A DNA stretch of 64,000 bases. Origin: Hypanus sabinus (lineage: Eukaryota). Shown here one piece after another: positions 1-12,955 of this stretch. How positions within the stretch are numbered: the stretch's first letter is position 1; each line of letters begins with the position of its first letter. Location of the stretch: contig NC_082710.1 of NCBI RefSeq assembly GCF_030144855.1, positions 35,588,001-35,652,000 on the forward strand, read 5' to 3'. Position numbers and translations under genes: made by a program. The notes below the pieces were generated by a model. It worked only from the letters and a program-made list of their open reading frames with translations, was not told the DNA's origin and ran no database searches.

Positions 1-12
1 TGATGTACTTAC

Positions 13-191
13 TTGGTTCTGTGTATATCTCCTGAAAATCTCCTGCTGTCATAGAAAAGTTAGCATGAGGAGGAAGACTGTGAGAATCAACATCAGGAAA
101 ATGTACTGGTCGAATCTGATCAGCTGATCGCTTATTGTTACTAAACTGATGGATCCAAGGATAGATAGTCATTGTATTAACTCCAGAACAT
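13..191 (-). CDS. CARNMT1: Carnosine N-methyltransferase 1, coding exon 5 (gene continues off the left edge)
   Basis: ttttcttttag acceptor and gtaagt donor; 179 bp, phase 2 to 1; reads (R)[59 protein letters not shown], matching the vertebrate [10 protein letters not shown]...FSMTAGDF segment. Confidence 0.96.
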
Positions 192-369
192 CTAAAAGAA
201 AATTGATAAATTATATGAGCATACTCATAAAAAATGAAATTCTGGTACCCTAAAACAAACATGACAACAGGGAATACACAGCAAGAACCTATGAAGGATG
301 TCATTAAACCCTTTTGAGGCTGCTCCACTAATTCATGTAGATTATGACTAATGCAGTACATTAAGGTCG

Positions 370-660
370 TATGGAAACACCAATGCCTTTGAATGGAAAA
401 TCCTCCAAAAAGTAGAGGATACGGCCCAGTATATCACGGGTAAAGCCCACTGACACATCTACATGAAACACTGTCACAGGAAAACACCATCCAGGACTTA
501 CTGTCTGAAGATACGTAAGTCTCAGGACTCACACCGTCAGGTTCAGTTAGTTACTACACCTCAATCATCAGGCTCTTGAATCAAAGGGGATAACCACTCA
601 ACTTCACTTGCTACATTACTGAAATGGACCAATGGACTCACTTTCAGGGACTCATCATCT
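370..660 (+). mobile_element. Rex1/Babar-type LINE 3' fragment
   Basis: Degenerate C-terminal ORF of the LQKVV...RYRSLRTHT.RF...IRLLN type followed by 3' UTR. Confidence 0.55.
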
Positions 661-960
661 GATGAGCCTGATCCACTCATCCCTTCAATTCCTTTTGAAG
701 CCAAAAATCTGTGTTCATGATTCTAAGTAACCACAACGCTCCAGCACAAAAATTCTCAAGGTTTTCACAGAAAATTCTCAAGATTTTCAATACATGGAGG
801 AAAGTAATTCTTCATCAGTCCTCATCACTCACCTCTAAATCTGAGATATCACTCTCTCAGCATCTACTCTCCTATCTCCATCTTTTTATCTTTTGTGAAC
901 ATAACTCAAACTCTGAGTTGGACAATCAATGTCAGGGCTGCATAAATGGAGCTAACTTTT

Positions 961-3194
961 AGAAACATAGAAAATAGGTGCAGAAGTAGGCCATTCGGCC
1001 CTTCAAGCCTGCACCGCCATTCAGTATGATCATGGCTGATCATCCAACTCAGAACCTTGTACCTGCTTTCTCTCCATACCCCCGATCCCTTTAACCACAA
1101 GGGCCATATCTAACTCCCTCTTAAATATAGCCAATGAACTGGCCTCAACTGTTTCCTGTGGCAAAGAGTTCCACAGATACACCACTCTGTGTGAAGAAGT
1201 TTTTCCTCATCTCAGTCCTAAAAGGCTTCCCCTTTATCCTTAAACTGTGACACCTCGTTCTGGACTCCCCCAATATTGGAAACAATCTTCCTGCATCTAG
1301 CCTGTCCAATCCTGTTAGAATTTCATACATTTCAATAAGATCCCCCCCTTAATCTTCTAAATTCCAGCAAGTATAAGCCTAGTCGATCCAGTCTTTCTTC
1401 ATATGAAAGTCCTGCCATCCCAGGAATCAATTTGGTGAACCTTCTTTGTACTCCCTCTATGGCAAGAATGTCTTTCCTCAGATTAGGGGACCAAAACTGC
1501 ACACAATACTCCAGCTGTGGTCTCACCAAGGCCTTGTACAACTGCAGTAGAACCTCCCTGCTCCTGTACTCGAATCCTTTTGCTATGAATGCAAAATACC
1601 ATTTGCCTTTTTCACCACCTGCTGTAACTCCACGCCCACTTTCAATGACTGGTGTACAATGACACCAAGGTCTTGTTGCACCACCCCTTTTCCTAATCGG
1701 CCACCATTCAGATAATAATCTGTTTTCCTGTTCTTGCAACCAAAGTGGATAACCTCACATTTATCCACATTAAACTGCATCTGCCATGGATTTGCCCACT
1801 TACCTAACCTTTCCAAGTCACCCTGCATCCTTCTCACAGCTAACACTGCCGCCCAGCTTTGTGTCATCTGCAAACTTGGAGGTGCTGCATTTAATTCCCT
1901 CGTCTAAATCATTAATATATATTGTAAACAACTGAGGTCCCAGCACTGAGCCTTGCAGTACCCCACTAGTCACCGCCTGCCAATCTGGAAAGGTCCTGTT
2001 TATTCCCACTCTTTGCTTCCTGTTTGCCAACCAATTCTCTATCCACATCAATACCATGCCCACAATACCGTGTGCTTTAAGTTTGCACACTAATCTCCTG
2101 TGTGGGACCTTGTCAAAAGCCTTTTGAAAATCCAAATATACCACATCCACTGGTTCTCCCCAACCACTCTACTAGTTACATCCTCAAAAAATTCTATAAG
2201 ATTCGTCAAACATGATTTTCCTTTCACAAATCCATGCTGACTTTGTCCGATGATTTCACCTCTTTCCAAATGTGCTGTTATCTCATCTTTGATAACCCAC
2301 TCTAACATTTTCCCCACCACTGATGTCAGGCTAACCGGTCTATAATTCCCCAGTTTCTCTCTCCCTCCTTTTTTAAAAAGTGGGGTTACATTAGCCACCC
2401 TCCAATCCTCAGGAACTAATCCAGAATCTAAGGAGTTTTGAAAAATTATCACTAATGCATCCACTATTTCTTGGGCTACTTCCTTAAGCACTCTGGGATG
2501 CAGACCATCTGGCCCTGGGGATTTATCTGTCTTTAATCCCTTCAATTTACCTAACACCACTTCCCTACTAACATGTATTTCCCTCAGTTCAGTTCCTCCA
2601 TCTCACTAGACCCTCGGTCCCCTACTATTTCCGGAAGATTATTCATGTCCTCCTTAGTAAAGACAAAACCAAAGTAGTTCTTCAATTGGTCTGCCAAGTT
2701 CCCCATGATCAGTTCACCTGTTTCTGACTGTAAGGGACCTACATTTGGCACTGCTTGCAAGAGGATTCGAGTACAGGAGCAGAGAGGTTCTACTGCAGTT
2801 GTACCAATCTTTTTCTTTTCACATATCTATAAAAGCTTTTACAGTCAGTTTTTATGTTCCCTGCCAGCTTTCTCTCATAATCTTTTTTCCCTTTCCTAAT
2901 TAAGCCCTTTGTCCTCCTCTGCTGGACTCTGAATTTCTCCCAGTCCTCAGGTGTGCCACTTTTTCTGGCTAATTTGTATGTTTCTTCCTTGGAATTGATA
3001 CTACCCCTAATTTCCCTTGTCAGCCACAGGTACACTACCTTCCCTGGTTTATTCTTTTGCCAAACTGGGATGAACACTTGTTGTAGTTCATCCATGTGAT
3101 TTTTAAATGCTTGCCATTGCATATCCACCTTCAACCCTTTAAGTATCATTTGCCAGTCTATCTTAGCTAATTCATGTCTCATACCTTCAAAGTT
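961..3194 (-). mobile_element. 5'-truncated CR1 LINE (young), inserted into the 5' UTR of another CR1
   Basis: Frameshifted ORF2 pieces with [51 protein letters not shown]; CR1 3' stem-loop and repeat tail at about 961-1040. Confidence 0.93.
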
Positions 3195-4084
3195 TAATAA
3201 GGACAATGTTTGATATTTTAAAGGGAAAGCTTTGTGGCAGTTTCTCTGAGTTGAGGTGTGCCCAATCAGCAAGAGGCAGAGTGTAAGAAGAACTAACACT
3301 CAGTCACGTCCGCATTCAAGATTTAAAAAGCAGTTTTACGGCAATTTTCTTTGAGTTGGACAATCAGTGTTAAGGGTGCCTAAAAAGTTAGCTTTCAATC
3401 AGGACGGTGATTGAGATTTTAAATGCAGAGCTTCATGGCAGTTTCTCTGAGTTGACGAGCAATCAATCAACAAGAAGGATTCAGTAGAAAGGGCCATGTG
3501 CAAGTGGAATGGCCATTCTTTAGAGAGTGCCAGTGTTTAAAGTTGCTATGGCTCATCTGGTTTATGCGAGATTAGGCTTGGGTGAGTTAAATTACTCTCT
3601 TTGTGTTCTTATTTGTTCATTCCTCATCTGTCAGGGCATAGTAGTTCAGTGAGGATGGCTCCAGCAGTGTTTTGTACTATGTGTGGGATGTGGGAAGTCT
3701 GGGAGACCTCTAGGGTCTCAGATGAACATGTCTGTCAAGTGAGAGAGCTGAAGCTCGATAAACTTTGATTTATATGGGAGAGTAAGGAGGTGATACACAG
3801 GAGCTACAGGGAAGTAGTCACCCCTAGATTGCAGGAGACAGGTAACTGGGTGACTGTCAGAAGGAGGAATGGGCCATTTACCTTAATATTAAGTATGCAA
3901 CTTTAGATGCTATTGAGGGGTATGGCCTACCAGGGGTTGCCAGTGACCGGGTCTCTGGCACTGAGTCTGGTCCTGCGGCTTAGAAGAGCACAGAGGTGAA
4001 GTGGACTGCAGTGATGAAAGCAGATTCCATAGTCAGAGAAACAGAGAGATGAGGTTCTGTGGGTGTGACAGAGACACCCAGATG

Positions 4085-4236
4085 ACAATAAGACCATTAG
4101 TATAGGAGCAGAATAATGCCATTAGGCTCATTGAGAGTGCTCAAACATTTCATCATGGCTGATCCAATTTCCTATCTGCCATAATCTCCTGCCTTCTCCC
4201 CATATCCCTTCATGCCCTGACCAATCAAGAATATAT
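4085..4236 (-). mobile_element. Short CR1 3'-tail fragment nested in CR1 ORF1
   Basis: taggagcagaa...catggctgatcc CR1 tail interrupts the ORF1 sequence gacacccagatg|gtatgttgcctccc. Confidence 0.7.
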
Positions 4237-6259
4237 GGTATGTTGCCTCCCAGATGCCAGGATCAGGGATGTCTCGGATCGGGTCTCAAGGGCGAGCATG
4301 AGCAGTGAGAAGGCTTGGTACCTATTGGCAACAATAACATAGGTAGACAAGGTGAGGGGTCCTGAAGAGGGATTTTAGAAAGCTAGACTGAAGGCTAAAC
4401 AACAGGACCTGCAGGGTAATAATCTCTGGATTGCTGCCCATGCCACGTGATTGTGAGGGTAAGAATTTGGCAGGTGAATGCATGGCTGAGGAAGTGGTGC
4501 AGCAGGCAGTGGTTCAGATTTATGGATCATTGAGATCTTTTCTGGGGAAGGCATGACATGTACAAAAGGGACAGGTTACATCTGAACCCAAGGGGGTCCA
4601 ATATCCTTGCAGGCAGGTTAGCTAGCGTTGTTCACGAGGGTTTCAATTAATTTGGCAGGGGTATGGGAACTGAAGTGATAGTGCTGAAGATAAGGCAGTT
4701 GGTTTACAAACAGAGGCAATGTGTAGTGAGAAGAGGCTGTATTAGGGCAAAACAGCAGTCAACAGAATGGGTTGTAATGTAAAAGGTGGATAAAATCAAA
4801 AAAGGTGAAGACAGGTGATTTATTTGAATGCACAGAGGATACGGAATAAGGCAGATGAGCTTGTAGAGCAGTTACAGATTGGCACGTATGATGCTGTAGG
4901 CATCACTGAATCAAGGCTGAACGAAAATTATAAGAATACACATTGTATCAAAAGGAGAGGCAGGAAGGCAGAGGGGTGCCATTGCTCTGTTGGTAAAAAA
5001 TGGACTCAAAGTCATTTGAAAGAGGTTACATAGGTTTGAGCTAAGATACTGCAAGGGTAAAAAGACCCTGATGGCAGTTGTATATAGACCACTAAATAGT
5101 AGTAAGGATGTCATCTACAAACGGGAGATGGAAAACGCATGCTGAAAGGGAAATGCTACAATAGTTTTGAGGGATTTCAATATGCAGGTAGATTAGGAAA
5201 ATCAAGTTGCTGCTGTATTCCAAGAGGCTTATTCTATAAAGCCTGGGTGATGGCTTTTTAGAGCAGGTCATGGTTGAGCCCACTAGGGGATCAGCTATTC
5301 TGGATGGGAGGGTTGTGCAATGAACCACAATTGATTAGAGACCTCAAGGTGAAAGAATCCTTAGGGGAAAGTAATCATATTATGATCAAATTCACACTGA
5401 AATTTCAGGCAAAGTTAAATTCAGATGTACCAGAATTGATTGGAAAATAAAACTGACAGGAATGATGTCTGAGCAGTAATGGCTAGAAATCTGGAAGCAA
5501 TCCAGAAGGCACAGGATATATACATCCCAATGAGGAAGAAGAATTCTAAAAGAAAGATGACATAACCGTGGCTAACAATAGAAGTCAAAGTCATCATAAA
5601 AGCCAAAGAGAGGGCATATAATAGAGCAAAAATTAGTGGGAAGTTGGAGGATTGGGAAGCTTTTAAAACCAACAGAAAGCAACTAAAAATCATTAAGAAG
5701 GCAAAGATGGAACAACAAAGTAAGCTAGCCAATAATCTTAAAAAGGACACCAAAAGTTTCTTCAGAAATAAAATGTAAAAGAGAGGCAAGAGCAGATACC
5801 AGACTGCCGGAAAACAATGCTGTACAGGCAATAATAGGGGACAATGAAATGGCAGGCAAACTGAATTTAAGTATTTTGCATCAGGCTTCACTGCGGAAGA
5901 CACTAGCAGTATGGTGGAAATTCCAGGGGTAGGGGTTATGAAATGTGTGAAGTTAACATGAATAAGGAGCAGGTTCTTGCGAAACAGAAAGGTCAGAAGG
6001 TGGGTAAGTCACCTAGACCAGATGGTGTACACCCCAGGGTTCTGAAAGAGGTGGCTGAAGAGATTCTGGAGGCATCATTAGTGATCTTTCAAGAATCACT
6101 AGATTCTGGAATGGTACCAGAAGACTGGAAGATCTCAGATGTTATTCTGAGAAAGGAGAGAGTCAGAAGAAAGTAAGTTATAGGCCAGTTAGTCTGATGT
6201 CAATGGTTGGGAAGATATTGGAGTCGACTGTTAAGGGTAAGGTCTCAGTGTACTTGGAG

Positions 6260-6522
6260 TTAAAGGTTAAAGTCTGTCCCGAGTCTCATAGGCTCATCAG
6301 GCTGGTGCTTATGCCGGTTTCCATGAAGCCACTGAGAGTACAAGAATCCCCTCCAGGTAGGACGCCAGTCTATTGCGAGGTTAACCCCCAGCATTTTGCC
6401 GGTACCCATTTTCAGCTGGGTGGACTAGACCAATGTGTGGTTAAGTGCCTTGCTCAAGGACACAACACGCTACCTTGGCTGAGACTCAAACTCACTACCT
6501 TCAGATCGCTTGGCCATACGCC
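6260..6522 (-). mobile_element. tRNA-related SINE nested in CR1 ORF2
   Basis: Interrupts tacttggag|..acatggtaaataggcc; minus strand has a B-box-like gagtttgagtctc, gtgtccttgagcaaggcacttaacc, a tccacccagctg..aatgggtacc core and a simple-repeat tail. Confidence 0.75.
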
Positions 6523-8550
6523 ACATGGTAAATAGGCCAGTCAACATGGTTTCCTCAAGGGAATCTCCTGCCTGACAAATCTGTTGACATTCTTTGTAGA
6601 AATAACAAGCAGGATAGACAAAGGAGAATCGGTTGATGTTGTGTACTTGGATTTTCAGAAGGCTTGGATAAGGTGCCACATAAGGCTGCTTAACAAGCTA
6701 CAAGCTCATGGTATTACAGGATAGATTTTATCTTGAATAAAGCAGTGGCTAACTGGCAGGAGGCAAAGAGTGGAAAAAAAAAATGGAGCCCTTTCTGGTT
6801 GGCTGCCAGTGACTAGTGTTTTCCACAGGGCTCTGTGTTGGGACCGATTCTTTTTGTTTAATGTCAATGATTTGGATGATGGAATTAATGGTTTTGATGC
6901 AAAGTTTGCAGACAATATGAAGATAGGTAGAGGAGCAGGTAGTTTTGAGAAAGTAGAGAGGATACAAAAGGATTTGGACAGATTGGTAGAATGGGGAAAG
7001 AAGTGGCAGATGGAATACAGTGTCAGGAAGTGTATGGTCATGCACTTTGGTAGAAGAAATGAAAGGGTTGACTGTTTTTTAATGGAGAGAAAATACAAAA
7101 AACTAAGGCTCAAAGGAATATGGGAGTCCTTGTGCAGGATTCCTTAAAGGTAAATTTACAGATTGAGTCTGCAGTGAGGAAGGTAATTATGACGTTAGCA
7201 TTCATTTCAAGAGGACTAGAATATAAAAGCAAGGGTGTAATGTTAAGACTTTATAAAGCACAAATAAGGCTTCACTTGCCCCTTTTCTTAGAAAGGATGT
7301 GCTGAAACTGGATAGGGTTCAAAGGAGGTTCATGGAAATGATTTCAGAATTGAATGACTTGTCATATGAAGAACATTTGATGGCTCCGGGCCTGTATTCA
7401 CTAGAATTCAGAAGAATGAGGGATGACCTCATTGAAACCTATCAAATGGTGTAAAACCTTGATAGAGTGGATGTGGAGAGGATGTTTCCTCTGGTGGGAG
7501 AGTCTAACCAGAAGACACAGCCTCCGAATACAGGGATGTCCTTTTATAACACAGATGAGGAGGAACTTCTTTAGCCAGAGAGTGGTGAATCTGTGGAATT
7601 CGTTGCACTGGCAGCTGTGGAGTCCAAGTCTTTACAGATTCTTGATTACTCAGGGCATGAAGGGATATGGGTTAAGGCATATGGGGCTGAGAGGGAAAAT
7701 GGATCAGCCATGATGAAATGGCGGAGCAAACCTGAAGGGCCAAATGACCTAATTCTGCTCCTGTATCTCATGGTCATTCTCTCTTTCTTCCCCAGGGACT
7801 GATCCAGTAAAACCACAAGTACTACCTCAAAGGGAAGTACATCTTTCCTTAGTTTTGGAAACCAAAAATGCACATAATTCCCTCCAAGTGTGCTCTCACC
7901 AAAATTCTGCAGAATTGTATCAAAATACACTTAATTTTTATGCCAACTGTCTTATTACTTGTGTTTTTGTTTCTTTAACCAGCAAAACAAGATCCATATC
8001 AATATTTATTAGTTTCTTACATTAAAAAAAAACTCTTTTCCTCCCACTTCAGCTTTTCCTCATTTTATATTTCATCTCTATATTCTTGTCCACTTGCCTA
8101 AATTGCCTATGTCTCTTTACAGATTTTTGTCATTTCAAAAATTACTCTCCCATACAGCTTTGTATGAATAGCAAATTTAAGGAATAAACAGAGTAACTTT
8201 GTCTGGCAGGTCTTTGAATTACGAGAATATGCATAGAGAGAAGATATACAAAATGAGTACCCTTTCATTGAAAAAGTGACCAGAGAGGAGTAATGAATAA
8301 CTGTAGATACTCAGTAAGAATACTGAACATTTAGATTTTTGGCTATGAGAAGAATTGAGATAAGGCAGAAAAGTGACTGCTTCTTATACATAATCTTATT
8401 GAGTTGTTGTAGCAGCCTTAAGTGTGCATTCCAGCAATTTCTGTTTTCTGTTTCTAAAACAAATCCTTTATAATTATTTTAAATTGGAATAATACTTTAA
8501 TATCATGTACTATAAACAAAGAGGATTCAAGTTCTGCAGTTATACTCTAC

Positions 8551-8691
8551 CTGTTGAGTACAAAATGTGAACAGAAGAGCATATATAGACTCCATTCATT
8601 ACCCTGGCAACTATAACCCAGTCGAGCAATCTCCCAGGCCAGTCTTCCAAGTCCTGCTCCCGGTACAAGAATATTCAAATCAGCAGGATTG
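8551..8691 (-). CDS. CARNMT1: CARNMT1 coding exon 4 (SAM-binding motif I)
   Basis: aag acceptor, gtagag donor; 141 bp, phase 2 to 2; (C)[46 protein letters not shown] contains VPGAGLGRL. Confidence 0.96.
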
Positions 8692-9502
8692 CTTCATTGA
8701 AAAAAGCAAAATGAAACAATTAATTTGATGCGCAAGGACTAAGCTGGGAAATGAAATATTCTATTAGTAGCATTTCAAATGGTTTGCATGGATTGTCCTT
8801 CAACTTGTTAATCTCACTGAATCTTAAACAGCAACAATTAATCTTACTGATCTTATTTTCAAATCTATGGTAGACAATGACTTGTTTGACAATGTATGCT
8901 CCAAAAGTTTCTGTGCAAGTGGCTAACACATATTTCATACCACTACTAATAGCTCCTCCTGGTAGGTGACTACATATACACAGAAGTGTTAAGTTGCTCA
9001 TTTTAATAAACTGTACTTTTGGTCAAAAGACACGAAATTTTGAAACATTACTAAAAATTCAGTTATTGACTGTGCAGCACAGAAATATCACGACATATTC
9101 TATTAATGTTATTATGCTCGATGGAGTTAGTGCTATGCACAACATCATGAATTGGTAGGCCCATTTCCCATTCTATACAATTACGGCTAATTTTCCTTAT
9201 TTGGAGTGCAAAACACATTAAATCTGGAGGTTCCTATAAAAGCTCTCGTTAGCAAAAATTACAAATGGCATAAACTCAAACACAAGATGCTAAGGAGAAG
9301 GGAAGTTACACTCAGGTTTGTATGCTAAAGTAAATATTGCCTTAGCACAGTATCTTTCCAGAATGATAACTGAATCACATTACAATGATTTTTTTTTAAT
9401 TCAATTTCAAAAACAATTAAACAAGTTCAAAAACAAATCTCTCTCTCAACTTGCTTAAGTTCAACTATATTTTAGTTCAAGTATGTAGAACCAATAATAT
9501 AC

Positions 9503-9669
9503 CATTCTGCTCGAGGGAACTGCTTTATGATTTCTTCAATGATCGGCCGATAACAGGCATCCCGCTCAGCCTTGCCATCTTCACTCCAGTCTCTTACAAA
9601 CTGCTTAATGGTGGACTTGAGTTTGTCCATATCAAAGGTGGATGCTGGTTTTAATCGTCCCAAGTCAGT
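9503..9669 (-). CDS. CARNMT1: CARNMT1 coding exon 3
   Basis: tag acceptor, gtatat donor; 167 bp, phase 0 to 2; [55 protein letters not shown]. Confidence 0.96.
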
Positions 9670-11289
9670 CTATTATAACCAAAAATAATCACATTAACAG
9701 ATGGGAGAAAGGCTCATGGAAATTAATAATCCATTAAGAAAGACCTGTTGCAAAAATATTTATATTTCTCTTCTTGAAATATTTGCTCTGTCCAGCTCAT
9801 TATGTTAATTCATTAGAATTACACGGAAGTTATAAATCAATTATTCACCTTTCTGATCATCCTCTGCATTAAATTTTCAAATGAATTCTTGCTCCTATGT
9901 TTGTATCTGCTTTTCCATATCTCCATTTTCTCTCCATCAACTACCCAATGAACCTATTCCTGAACTCTGACATAGCCTTGCTTTCACCAGTTGATATGCA
10001 AATGAATGCTGTATTCTTCCTCAAATTGTGGCACAGAATTCTTCAGTTAACCCAAAATATCAAATGGGACATTGTCTTCCTATTCCTTACCATACAAAGC
10101 AATAATTCAACACTGCTTGGGACTACACTAAATGGCAATCTAAATTACATATGGGACTGAGAATCAATCTACAGTCTTCTAAGTAAAGGCAGAAGACTTT
10201 TCTAAGATTAATGGCAGCCTACGTAGTTACTCTGCATACGAGAACCTGCTGCATCCAGTCTTGAATTTTTTGCTTTTAAATGTGTATACTGTACAGCAAT
10301 CACTGAGAAAGTCTATTTTGTTATTTTTTTCATAATCTCAGATGTCTCTATTTTACCTCTATAGTATTATCTTAAGCAAAATATTCCTAAATTTCAGTAC
10401 CTCGTTATATTTCCTCATGCACCCAGTGAAATATATCCCCTTCAACGTTAACACATTTGCTTCATGGAGCCCAAACCTATATGCAATGCTTCATCTTGGT
10501 TCTTAAAAAGGTTTTAGAAAGATTCATTATTGTTCCTCAATTTTTATATTCCATCCCATTTTTATAACCACTGACATTCCAATAGTTTGAATAACTAAGT
10601 GACTTTTCTTGCGCTTTTAGGTGCTGTTTCTGAATGCAAACCAGAACCACTCCCTGCCTAATACCTCAAGATTTCCCTGTCTTCAACTCTACAAAAGGTG
10701 GTTCATTTATCATGCAAAATAGCTAAATGTATACAAATGGTGAAATAACATTACCCTGCTAAACTTGCTTTGATGAACCTGAGCTCAACACCTTATTTAA
10801 ATATATATTAAATCAAGAAATATGCAGCAAAGGTTGATAATCATCATGTACTGTCCACCCAAGTTCATTTTCCAGCTGGGCTCACAACTTAGCACTGAAG
10901 AAATGAAGTTCATTTTCATGTTGTCCCATGATGGGATACAAAGGTCATTCTAATTGTCATGCCAGTTGAAATAATTTAATGAGAATCTCAAAACTTGCAA
11001 CTTGTCAGTTTAATGCTACACTATTTACCCACTGAGAAACAATAATTAATGATTTTATTAAAATTGATAGAACTTCAGAGACGAGAAATAAAGCCTCCGT
11101 GGCATTTGAATTAAAGCCTATTATCTAACTTTAGAGTTTGGGTGACATCAGTTAACTATATCATAAGGTCACAATATTTAATAAAATTGTAAAGGACAAA
11201 GAGTCTTATTTTAATATTGTACAACTATACTAACCAAGTTAGAAAGGAATACCAAAACAAAATATTGCAAAATTAAATAACTTGAATAA

Positions 11290-11470
11290 AATCAGCAAGG
11301 GTTATACTCAATATGGCAGGCAGCATATGTGGAAAAATAAAGTTAAATTTTCAGGTTGATGACCATTTATTAGCACTTTTATCACAGCTAATTCTGATGA
11401 CAGGTTATTGACTTGAAACATTAATTCTGTCTCTCCACAAATGGTGCCTGACCTACATTATACTCTGCTT
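11290..11470. mobile_element. Old Penelope-like terminal repeat remnant (inverted pair) with a degenerate hammerhead core
   Basis: CTGATGA 11394-11400, short stem, GAAA 11415-11418, followed by the ctctccaca..tgcctgacct tail; inverted partial copy at about 11305-11365. Confidence 0.5.
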
Positions 11471-11642
11471 TTATACCAAAATACTGCACAAAGTTTGCCG
11501 AGGATAATTTTGATCATACATGCATATACGTACTTAGACCTGCTAAGAACACGGGACACAAGTTAAAAATGCAAGCAAATCCAATTATTTGAAGGCAACA
11601 TAGAGGTCAGTTTTCAAAAAGTTACATTTATGCTTCACTTAC

Positions 11643-11847
11643 CTCCATGTCAATGAATCCATATTCTTTATTTTCAAACATATGATTGCAGTTGTTTATG
11701 ATTTCTTTTAGTATTTCATAGTTATGTTCAATACACTCTCTTAATTTTTTCACATGAGGAAGAAAATTAGGAAGCAGCTTCCGATGAGCTGCTGGAAGTG
11801 ACCGGAATTGCTTTTCAGAACGAGTTACCCTCTCATGTGCATATATC
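11643..11847 (-). CDS. CARNMT1: CARNMT1 coding exon 2
   Basis: cag acceptor, gtaagt donor; 205 bp, phase 2 to 0; (R)[68 protein letters not shown]. Confidence 0.95.
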
Positions 11848-12629
11848 CTGTAATGTGAAATTGCATCATAAATAAGCTTAAAAATTTTGAACATATTTGC
11901 ATTGACAAAATCGCTTAACTTACAAATTATAATGCTCTTGATGCTTTTAACTTACATCTAAGTTTTAAATATTTTTTATGAAGTCTTTACTTATAATGAT
12001 CACATTTCAAAGCATAAATTTATGGTTACAAGTTTCCTTATTTGACTATATTGCACTAAGAAATGAAAAAAATATGCTTAAAACACAATAGAATCCATTA
12101 ATTGTTGTGCACTACATATTAGGTTGAAGTTCATTCCAAATTTGGAAGAAATAAGTAATTAGCTGTCAGAATCAAGTACCTATGACAGCCTTTTCTAAAC
12201 CCAACTTATAACAGTCGAGCAGGAAATATCGAAAGTGGTGCTGGAAAATGTGAAATCCCAAAAGGGGATCATTACAGAGAGAACTACGGGTACATGTGCA
12301 GTTTGTTGAAAGTGTCAAGTGGCAAAAAAGGTTAAGAAAGAGGTTAAAAAAAAAGTACGGACAAGGACACCACAACAAGTTGTATAAAACACTGCCTCAG
12401 GTACAAATGAAGTGTTGTTTACAGTCTGGGAACTATACTTTTGGAAAGGTATACTAGCTTTGGAGACATCAGGATAGAAGGTGAGATTGTTTTCCTTGGA
12501 ACAGAGTAAGTTGAGAAAAGATCTGATGAATGTGTTTAAATTCATGAAAGGTAAAGAAAGACAGAATGATAAGAATGAAGTGAGTGGAAAAATTCAAAGG
12601 TGACAGGAGAAAAATTATTTCTGAGTCAT

Positions 12630-12955
12630 AAAAACATTAGTATAGAGGTTGGCCTTTGGCCCACCATCCAAACAGAGCATCAGCTGCCTATTTACAATAA
12701 TGTTACATTGATCCCTTTCTTTCAATTCTCCCCACATTCTCATCAATTCCCCCCTCAGATTCTAGGTCTGAGCCGCACTCTAGATACAAAAGCCAATTAA
12801 TCTACCAACATGCATGCACTTGGGAGGGAACCACAACTCCTAGAGGAAATCCATATGGTCACCAGAAGAACATGCAAACCTCACTCAGACAGGACCCAAG
12901 ATCAAGATTGAACCAACACCTCTGTGGCTCTACTGACTAAACTAGTGTGCTTCAC
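12630..12955 (-). mobile_element. HE1/V-SINE-like element
   Basis: Degenerate reverse of the V-domain (gtttgcatgttcttc...ggatttcctc) with a CR1-type 3' tail. Confidence 0.6.

Larger units (their letters stand above)
3195..7772 (+). mobile_element. Near full-length decayed CR1 LINE (5' monomers, ORF1 with Cys motif and SGNH esterase, ORF2 APE-RT); its 5' end continues at about 905-960
   Basis: MAPAVFCTMCGMWE at 3655; ADSIVR and CCLP.A esterase motifs at about 4020 and 4240; APE YLNAQRIRNK at 4815; RT motifs 5943-7300; CR1 tail at about 7700-7772. Confidence 0.88.

Noticed and set aside
3236-3490. Spaced repeats resembling a CRISPR array
   Set aside because: Degenerate ~100-bp tandem monomers in a eukaryotic LINE 5' region; no identical repeats with unique spacers and no cas genes
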